Shown: positions 25,049-32,289 of the stretch, piece by piece
Numbering within the stretch: position 1 is the first letter of the stretch
Layout: every line of letters begins with the position of its first letter
Source of the DNA: Squalus acanthias
Taxonomy: Eukaryota
Reading direction: 5' to 3'
Length of the DNA stretch: 64,000 nucleotides
Assembly: GCA_030390025.1 (NCBI GenBank)
Contig: CM059433.1
Span: 26,910,001-26,974,000, forward strand
Notes under the pieces: generated by a model
Seen by the model: only the letters and a program-made list of their open reading frames with translations
The model's database searches: none
Told to the model about the DNA's origin: nothing
Program-made: the position numbers and the translations under genes

Positions 25049-25471
25049 GACCTATTGGACAACTGTTCCAATACAGGTCAACATGTATTGCTATTGCCTG
25101 GTGTCTGCCTGAGCGTGCACTCTCTGGCCTTCTACCAGTCTAGGTTATACATGGGTATGACATAAACCAATTTATAAGCCGGTTTCACCCCACGCGGTAT
25201 ATGTGGACTTATTATTTTCTTGTCTTGGTTCTATGTTGCCATCCCCGGGGCCCAAGAGCCCTGCATCAATGGTTTGGGCTTCTGGTTCGAGCTTGTCCTC
25301 CATTCCCTCGGTGGGTGCGTGACGTGTCCTTTCGAGACTGTCATCACTCACCAATCCTGTTTCTGCCACTCTCGTCTTATGGTTGGCCGGCCTGGTTATT
25401 AATTACCATGTCCAATTCATCCCTTGTAATTTTAGGGCTATAGATCGGGTCTTACACCATCATGGCTTTAC

Positions 25472-25594
25472 CTAATCTTTGAGCAGCAAGAATACACAGT
25501 ATATTGTAATAACAATCACGAGGAATATCATTATGCTTTGCACCACTGAGGCGCCCAACGTCCCCGACCATCCTGACCCCCAATCACCAAAATA
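25472..25594 (-). pseudogene. env: env remnant (Trp-rich membrane-proximal region + transmembrane anchor)
   Basis: YFGDWGSGWSGTLGASVVQSIMIFLVIVITIYCVFLLLKD*, between pol and the PPT. No SU or ectodomain ORF is present. Confidence 0.6.
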
Positions 25595-25900
25595 TCATTT
25601 CCGGTGTTATATAGGCCATATATAAGCAGATACTTGATTATCTTCCTTTTTGTCAGCCGTCCCTTCTTCCGTCGTTCTTCTAATTTGTCCTGTGGAAATA
25701 CAAGGCTGGTCGTCACCAGCAGTTAGTTATTCCATTCTTACTACTTTGCCAGTCTCCCAGATCTATTGAAACATACAGACCACGAAGAATGTTACTATCA
25801 TAATGCAACAGGATCATATTAACGCGAATACAAGGATGTCCTGTCCCTTTGGACCCTATGCAAATAATCCTTGCTTTCCTTGTACAATATGATTTCTGGG

Positions 25901-28900
25901 TTATTCATCAGCTTCTTTGTATAATTTTAATTGTGTCCAGTGTTTCCATCTTCCCTTTCCAGTGCCGTGCAGGTCTATGCATGCACAAGTGTCGCTGGTC
26001 ATTAATACCAAATAGGGTCCTTCCCACCGGGGCCGTAACCCAGGTTTTATTGGAATTATTCTAGACATTACCTGACTTCCCACCCCAGGTATGACTTTCT
26101 TTTGTTCCTCGGTATCCCTCTCCAGATCCTTGATTATCTGCTGGTCTCTAGCCTCCTGTCTCAGCCCGTGCAGTTCCGCACATAATTGCTTTATGAACCT
26201 TCTGATTCTGTCCTTTAAAGGTCCCACATCTTCCCCTCCGGTCACTACTCCTTCGGGAAGCGCCATTGCCCGTCCCGTCATTAATTCAAAAGGGGTCAGT
26301 CCGGTGGTGCTATTTGGTGTGGCCCTTAGTCTCATTAGGATTGTGGGTAACAGTTCCGCCCATCCCTGCCCCGTCTCCACAATGGCCTTTGTGAGAGATC
26401 GTTTTAAGGTCCGATTCATTCGTTCCACCATTCCTGAACTTTCGGGATGGTAAGGTATATGAAATTTCTGCTTTACGCCCAACAGGGCGCAAGCCTCTTT
26501 CATTACCTTTCCGGTAAAGTGTGTTCCATTATCTGAATCTATTTGTAATGGGACTCCCCACCGGGGTATTATTTCTTCTGCCAAGATCCGGGCCACTGTA
26601 CTGGCGGTACAGTTTCGGGTGGCAAAAGCTTCCACCCACCTTGTGAATTGGTCAATTATTACCAGACAGTAGGTTTTTCCTTTGCTTTTGGTTAATGGTC
26701 CTGTAAAGTCTATTTGCAGTTTCTCCCAGGGTCCCTTGGGTCTCGGCTGTCTACCCCATTTTACCTTTACTGGTTTTCCGGTGTTACATTGCGCACAAAT
26801 GTGGCAATCCTTACAATACTTCCTTATACTGCTTGATAGTCCGGGCCACCACCAGCATTGGCCTATGTTATTTATCATTCGGCTGGCCCCTGTATGGGCT
26901 TGTCCGTGATACAACCTCATTAGTTCCTGTTGGATACACTCCGGTGCACAGACCCGTCCCTCCTTCCTCCAGACCTTATCTCTGGATAGCATTACTCCCT
27001 TCTTTTCCCAAATGTTCAGCTCAGGTTCTGGTATGCCTTGATGTAACTTAACAATATTATACTCAAGGGGTATTAATGGGACTGGGGCTCCCCCTATCGG
27101 TGTTACATTGCCACAGGGCGCCTCCGTCATAACCTTGGCGGCCAGGTCTGCCGCTCTGTTACCTTGTTCTTGTGGAGTTTTTCCTTTGGTGTGCGCTTTA
27201 ACCTTTATTACTGCTAACTCCGTTGGTCCGCGCGCGGCATTCACCAAGGACTTTACTACGTCCAGGTGTTGGATGGGGGCTCCCCCAGAGGTGATGTACC
27301 CCCTCCTACTCCATGCGGCCATATAATCATGTACTATTCCGAAGGCGTAGCGGCTGTCGGTATATACATTAACCCTTTTTCCCATAGCCAGTTTCAGGGC
27401 TTCCGTTAAGGCTGTTAGTTCTGCGACCTGGGCAGATTTATCCCCTGGGAGAGTTCCGGCTTGTAACACCATCCCTTCCCCATTTACCACCGCCCAGCCT
27501 GTCCTCGGCTTTCCCTGTACATATTTTCGGGATCCATCTACATATAACTCCAAGTCCGCTTCGGCCAAGGGTATTTCTTTTATTTTGTCTAGGTCATTTT
27601 CTGGCTCTTCCTCATTCATGCATTGGTGGTCCTCTCCTTCCATGATCATCATGGAGGCTGGGTTCTGCCCCATATCCCTGACTATCTGTATTGACTTGTC
27701 TTTGGGTAATAGTACCGCCTCCCAGGCTGCTCGTCGAGCATTTGAGACAGACTTCAGTCGTCCCGTATTAAGTAATTCTACCAGGGTGTGCTGGGTGTGT
27801 AGTACAATATCTCCGGTCATTATAATCGGTTCACTGACCTGTACTGACCATCTGGCACAGTCTATAGCGGCCACGCAGCGGGGCATACCTGCCACGATGG
27901 GGGATCGTCTAGTGGAATAGTAGGCCACCGATCTCATGTTTCCTCCGTGCTCCTGGGCTACTACGGCGCTATAGTGTCCATCATGATTGTGACAGAATAT
28001 GTGATAGGGTCTCTCTTGATCAGGTAATCCTAACGCGGGGGCGGCGGTCAGGGCTTGTTTAAGTTTGGTAAATGCTTCTTCCTGAGTGGATGTCCACCCG
28101 ATGGGTTCTCCTGCTGCCCTACCCCCCTTTGTTAATTCATACAGAGGCGCGGCCATGTGTGAGAAGCCTTCTATAAAGTTCCGGCTAAAGTTAAAGAGAC
28201 CGAGTACCTGTCGTACTCCTCTCACGTTTATGGGCCTTGGCATTTGGCTGATTGCCTCCTTCCTTTCCTCTGGCATAGCCCTTTTTCCCATACTGACCCT
28301 ATACCCGAGGTATGTGACTTCCAATTTTCCTACCTGGGCTTTGGCTGGGTTTGCTTTAAAACCCGCCTCCCGTAGGGTTGAAAAGACCTTTACCAGGGCC
28401 CCCTTATGTCCCACTTTCGTTTCTGACGCTATTAGGAGGTCATCCACGTATTGTAAGAGGGTACTATTTTCACCCTCTAAGTCTAGGTCTTCAAGAGCTC
28501 TGGCCATATGGCGGTGAAAAATGGCTGGACTGTTATGGAATCCTTGTGGGACCCGTGTCCATGTATACTGTTCGCCGCCTATTGTAAAGGCGAACTTTTC
28601 CTGTGATTCCTCATGCAGGGGAATGGACCAGAACCCGTTTGCGATGTCTAACATGGTGAATATTTTGTGTTCTGGTTTTAAACCGTTAAAGATAGTAGCT
28701 GGGCTTGCTACAATTGGATATTCCTTTGGGGTCACTTTATTTAAGGCTGTGTAATCGATTGTAAGTCGATATGACGCATCAGGTTTCTTTACGGGCCATA
28801 CTGGAGAGTTAGTGCCGGACACTGTTTCTCGCAGAATTCCCTGTTTCACGAGTTCCAATACTATACTCCGTACGGCTGTCTGGGCCTCCACTTTTAGGGG

Positions 28901-29464
28901 ATATTGTTTATGGGGTCGGTGGGTTGGCCCGGGGACTCTGACTGGGTTCATCTTAACCAGTCCGCAGTCCTGCTTGTGTTTGGCCCATAGTTCGGGGAAT
29001 CGGTGGCAAATTGCCCCCCACCCTCCCTTTTCGTCCCAATTGGGGTCTATTATTTGGATAGCGCTGATGGCACATGCTGTCTTGGATCCCTTTGAGTTAT
29101 GTCTCCCTTCCTTGTGGTTATCGGGCCATAGCAACTTATCCTGTTTGGGGTCTATTAAAACTCCCACTTCCCTTAGTATGTCTATACCCAGGATGGTTCC
29201 CTCAGTATTCTCACAGATCCAGAAACATGTAGGTATAATGATTTTTCCCAATTCTAGTAATACTGTCTCACTTTTCCATGCTTTAATTTTTTCTCCCCCT
29301 ATCCCAGATATAAAAATATTTTCCTTGGTTCGCGGCAAGGGTACGTTTGTTAGAGATATTGCTGCCCCGGTGTCTATGAGCATTCTGCACTGTCGGCCCC
29401 CTACCAGTGCCTCAATAAACATTCTAGGGTCTCCCTTTACCGGGTCTCCGAGGGCCGCTACCTT
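25901..29464 (-). CDS. pol: Pol polyprotein (protease, RT, tether, RNase H, integrase); open from the codon after the gag stop
   Basis: LIDTGA; LDIANGFWSIPL, VPQGFHNSP, QYVDDLL; YVDGS, SAQVAEL, YTDS, KAH, GNRAAD; HHCC, QIDF, SDNG, SSGMVE, WEGPY. Confidence 0.97.
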   Translation of the reverse strand, partial: KVAALGDPVKGDPRMFIEALVGGRQCRMLIDTGAAISLTNVPLPRTKENIFISGIGGEKIKAWKSETVLLELGKIIIPTCFWICENTEGTILGIDILREVGVLIDPKQDKLLWPDNHKEGRHNSKGSKTACAISAIQIIDPNWDEKGGWGAICHRFPELWAKHKQDCGLVKMNPVRVPGPTHRPHKQYPLKVEAQTAVRSIVLELVKQGILRETVSGTNSPVWPVKKPDASYRLTIDYTALNKVTPKEYPIVASPATIFNGLKPEHKIFTMLDIANGFWSIPLHEESQEKFAFTIGGEQYTWTRVPQGFHNSPAIFHRHMARALEDLDLEGENSTLLQYVDDLLIASETKVGHKGALVKVFSTLREAGFKANPAKAQVGKLEVTYLGYRVSMGKRAMPEERKEAISQMPRPINVRGVRQVLGLFNFSRNFIEGFSHMAAPLYELTKGGRAAGEPIGWTSTQEEAFTKLKQALTAAPALGLPDQERPYHIFCHNHDGHYSAVVAQEHGGNMRSVAYYSTRRSPIVAGMPRCVAAIDCARWSVQVSEPIIMTGDIVLHTQHTLVELLNTGRLKSVSNARRAAWEAVLLPKDKSIQIVRDMGQNPASMMIMEGEDHQCMNEEEPENDLDKIKEIPLAEADLELYVDGSRKYVQGKPRTGWAVVNGEGMVLQAGTLPGDKSAQVAELTALTEALKLAMGKRVNVYTDSRYAFGIVHDYMAAWSRRGYITSGGAPIQHLDVVKSLVNAARGPTELAVIKVKAHTKGKTPQEQGNRAADLAAKVMTEAPCGNVTPIGGAPVPLIPLEYNIVKLHQGIPEPELNIWEKKGVMLSRDKVWRKEGRVCAPECIQQELMRLYHGQAHTGASRMINNIGQCWWWPGLSSSIRKYCKDCHICAQCNTGKPVKVKWGRQPRPKGPWEKLQIDFTGPLTKSKGKTYCLVIIDQFTRWVEAFATRNCTASTVARILAEEIIPRWGVPLQIDSDNGTHFTGKVMKEACALLGVKQKFHIPYHPESSGMVERMNRTLKRSLTKAIVETGQGWAELLPTILMRLRATPNSTTGLTPFELMTGRAMALPEGVVTGGEDVGPLKDRIRRFIKQLCAELHGLRQEARDQQIIKDLERDTEEQKKVIPGVGSQVMSRIIPIKPGLRPRWEGPYLVLMTSDTCACIDLHGTGKGRWKHWTQLKLYKEADE

Positions 29465-31012
29465 TCAGGCGTTGCCTTTTTTTATCTGTTTGACCAGTTT
29501 TTCCATTTTCCTTGTCAGCTCCACTATGTCTTCCTCGTCGGAGGTGTCTGAGGAATCATCTCTCTTATACTTCCTACTCTTTCTCCTCTTCCTTTCTTCT
29601 CTTTCTCTGTCATCCTCCCAGTCTTGCATTCCCTTCCTGATCAGTTTCGCCATGCTTTCCTCGTTATTCTCAGACCTTCCAATATTTGACCCCGGTTTTC
29701 CTCCCTGTCTAGGTCCCTGACCTTCCCTTCCTCCTCCTTTATTCCAACATTGTTGTTTCCTATGCCCTGGTTTTCCACAATTATGACAGGAAGCCTTTTG
29801 CTGAGATGTCTGATTATCCCCTTTGTTCTGTTGCCTCGGGCAATCCCTTTTCATGTGGCCCTCCTGTCCGCAACCGAAGCATGCCGCCACACTTAATGCA
29901 TCCTCATTGTCGCTATCCGTCCTTAGGGCAGCTATTTTAGGTTTGGCTTGTTCTTGGACCTGATTATCTACTTCGCACGCCCACTGTATTAAGTCCTCCC
30001 AATTATGGTGGACCACTAGCCCCATTTTTATTGCATTCTGGTGCATTGGACTTAGTCCCTGTTTAAATGTTTGCAGAAAACAAGCGTTGTTTTTGTTTAA
30101 GGGGCCTGGGATCCCACAGTTACCCTCAAAGGCGGACCACTTTCGTTTTCCATAATCGATAGCGCTTTCTCCCTTTTTTTGTGTGATTCCGCTTATAGCT
30201 GCCCAATTTACGGGGGCCTGTCCCATTGCTGCTTCCACAGCGGCCTTGAATTGGTCGAACTCAGTGTTTAATTGTTGGATTGTCTGTCCTGTATTTGTGG
30301 CCCACTGGCCATTTCCGTGGTTGCCCTGCACTAATCTCCACTGTTCCTCGGGACATTTAGCTCGTACCAATTGATCGATATCTATACTATGTAGGGCATG
30401 ATTTATGCGTACTTCGCGCAGTTTGTGCCAGAATGTCTGATTATTCTGGCGGTGTTTTAAGGCTGGTAATTCATTGAGGAGAATCACCCGATCCTGCAGG
30501 CTTAACGGTGTGTAGGTCAACGTTGTGGTGGCCGGCCTGCCCGGTACTGCCGGGACGGCCGGATTCCCCCCTGCCGCCGGAATTTCCGGAACCGCGGGGA
30601 TTGCTGGCCTATATTGCAGTGTCACTGGTGCCATCGGAACAGGCTCCGGGGCTGCCGACTGGTGTCCTGTATATGGGGGAGGACAGCCAGTCGGCCCCCC
30701 CTGGGGCAGCTCCGGGTATAACCTTTCCTGGGAGTTACCCGGTTTTGGGTTGGCTGCAGCTGCTGGATATGTTTTAAGGGCTCCGCGCTGGAGCATACGT
30801 TCCCGATCGTATCGTGCCGCTACGATAATGCACGCTTTCTCCAATTTATTTTTGGTTTGTTTCCTCCACCAGTCCCTTTGTGTGTCTGGTTTATCGTCCT
30901 GGTTCCACCCTGCCTTTCTCATTTTCTCAATTAATTTTTTATTCTTGTCGTAAACATATCGTGTTACAGACTCTGGGTCTCCCCAGGGTTCCTTATCCTC
31001 TTTGGTAGCCAT
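29465..31012 (-). CDS. gag: Gag polyprotein, 515 aa
   Basis: LYPEL and PPPY late-domain motifs, MHR-like ITQKKGESAIDYGKR, and two CCHC knuckles CFGCGQEGHMKRDC and CHNCGKPGHRKQQC. Confidence 0.95.
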   Translation of the reverse strand: MATKEDKEPWGDPESVTRYVYDKNKKLIEKMRKAGWNQDDKPDTQRDWWRKQTKNKLEKACIIVAARYDRERMLQRGALKTYPAAAANPKPGNSQERLYPELPQGGPTGCPPPYTGHQSAAPEPVPMAPVTLQYRPAIPAVPEIPAAGGNPAVPAVPGRPATTTLTYTPLSLQDRVILLNELPALKHRQNNQTFWHKLREVRINHALHSIDIDQLVRAKCPEEQWRLVQGNHGNGQWATNTGQTIQQLNTEFDQFKAAVEAAMGQAPVNWAAISGITQKKGESAIDYGKRKWSAFEGNCGIPGPLNKNNACFLQTFKQGLSPMHQNAIKMGLVVHHNWEDLIQWACEVDNQVQEQAKPKIAALRTDSDNEDALSVAACFGCGQEGHMKRDCPRQQNKGDNQTSQQKASCHNCGKPGHRKQQCWNKGGGREGQGPRQGGKPGSNIGRSENNEESMAKLIRKGMQDWEDDREREERKRRKSRKYKRDDSSDTSDEEDIVELTRKMEKLVKQIKKGNA

Positions 31013-31159
31013 AGTTTATTTATTTATTTATTTATTTCTTTTTCGGCCAGAAGGACTTGTCCTTCACCCAGTGTTAAAACAACCTGTTTAACTACTTCTT
31101 AAGAGCCGCACCTCGTGGGCCTACCGGGTTTCTAAACCCTTGTTTGTTTATTTTAAAAA

Positions 31160-31524
31160 ACTCCCCGTTTTAACTACTACCTAAGTTTACTTTTCGGCCA
31201 GAAGGACTCGCCCTCCACCGTGTTAAAACTCCCCGTTTTAACTACTACTTAAGTTTACTTTTCGGCCAGAAGGACTCGTCCTCCACCGTGTTAAAACTCC
31301 CCGTTTTAACTCCTACTTAAGTTTACTTTTCGGCCAGAAGGACTCGTCCTCCACCGTGTTAAAACTCCCCGTTTTAACTACTACCTAAGTTTACTTTTCG
31401 GCCAGAAGGACTCGTCCTCCACCGTGTTAAAACTCCCCGTTTTAACTCCTACTTAAGTTTACTTTTCGGCCAGAAGGACTCGTCCTCCACCGTGTTAAAA
31501 CTCCCCGTTTTAACTACTACTTAA
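31160..31524 (-). repeat. 68-bp tandem array in the ERV 5' leader
   Basis: cggccagaaggact recurs at 31195, 31263, 31331, 31399 and 31467, plus a diverged copy at 31044. Confidence 0.95.
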
Positions 31525-31703
31525 GAGCCGCACCTCGTGGGCCTATCAGGTTTCTAAACCCTTGTTTTCCGGTACCGCAGTCCGGCAGTGTTAACCGCCT
31601 TCAATTAAAGGTGTCTTTCTTTTTATAGTTCTTTTGTACGTCAATCTTACTTAACGTCTCGCCAGCGATTAACCTCTAATTTTACAGGTGGTAATTTAAA
31701 CGT

Positions 31704-31712
31704 ACTCACCCG
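31704..31712 (-). promoter_or_regulatory. Putative major splice donor of the ERV
   Basis: CGG|GTGAGT about 45 nt downstream of the PBS. Confidence 0.6.
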
Positions 31713-31753
31713 TCTTAGGTTATCGCTGTCCGAGAGTTTTGTTCAGATCGCGC

Positions 31754-31771
31754 ATCCCATCCTCGTCGCCA
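31754..31771 (-). other. Primer-binding site, tRNA-Ser(GCU)
   Basis: TGGCGACGAGGATGGGAT, 2 nt after the 5' LTR; complementary to the vertebrate tRNA-Ser(GCU) 3' end ...ATCCCATCCTCGTCGCCA. Confidence 0.9.
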
Positions 31772-31773
31772 AT

Positions 31774-32289
31774 TGATGTAAGCTCCCAAAGTGCGGACCC
31801 AGTGATATACAAGGTCGACGCTACTAGCTTGTTGGAAGAAAGACTGACCAAGTAATTGAAGTCACAACGGTTTATTACAGGCCTGGGGAGAACCTCTCAT
31901 GTCGCTTACATGAGTACAACTCCACCGAGCTAATGAAAACACACATATTTATATCCAATCAGGTTTAAAAGTTACACACAATGCTAGGTCTAAAAACACA
32001 TTACTCGTTTTACAAATATTTCTGTCTTGCCTTTACAGAGATCCAATTAGGTTTAAAAGTTACTTGGTTAGCAAACATTTCTGTCTCGCCTTATGGGGAT
32101 CTCGTTATCCGAGGGTGGCTGTAAAAGTTACATACAATGCTATCTGTAAATCTCGTTGAAGGAGGTAGACTCCGAAAGCTTGTAAGGTGTTGTGTGACTT
32201 GAAACAAATCTCGTTAAAGGCCTGGCTTTCTGCAAATGAGTCATGCCCGAATTGCCCTGGTTATATCCAATTTTTAATATCTTACTTCA
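31774..32289 (-). repeat. 5' LTR (516 bp)
   Basis: No differences from 24520-25035 seen on reading both copies. Confidence 0.97.

Larger units (their letters stand above)
24520..32289 (-). mobile_element. Endogenous retrovirus provirus, 7770 bp: LTR-PBS-gag-pol-(env remnant)-PPT-LTR
   Basis: Paired LTRs, GACCC TSD (24515-24519 / 32290-32294), PBS, PPT, and retroviral Pol with tether plus separate RNase H. Confidence 0.97.

Noticed and set aside
25172..25369. 65-aa ORF near the 3' LTR as an accessory gene
   Set aside because: It has a GTG start and no motif. It may be env cytoplasmic-tail debris and cannot be supported as a gene.
29477..29484. A-AAA-AAA slippery heptamer near the end of gag as a -1 frameshift route to Pol
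   Set aside because: Pol is in frame 0. The -1 frame ends after about 17 codons (RQRLKGSGPRRPGKGRP*).
28812..29720. 302-aa antisense ORF over gag-pol
   Set aside because: It is a shadow of the long coding strand, lacks an ATG start (GTG) and has no recognisable domain.
24520..32289. Ty3/Gypsy retrotransposon rather than a retrovirus
   Set aside because: Pol has a degenerate tether plus a separate retroviral-type RNase H, Gag has late domains, and an env-like TM stub is present.
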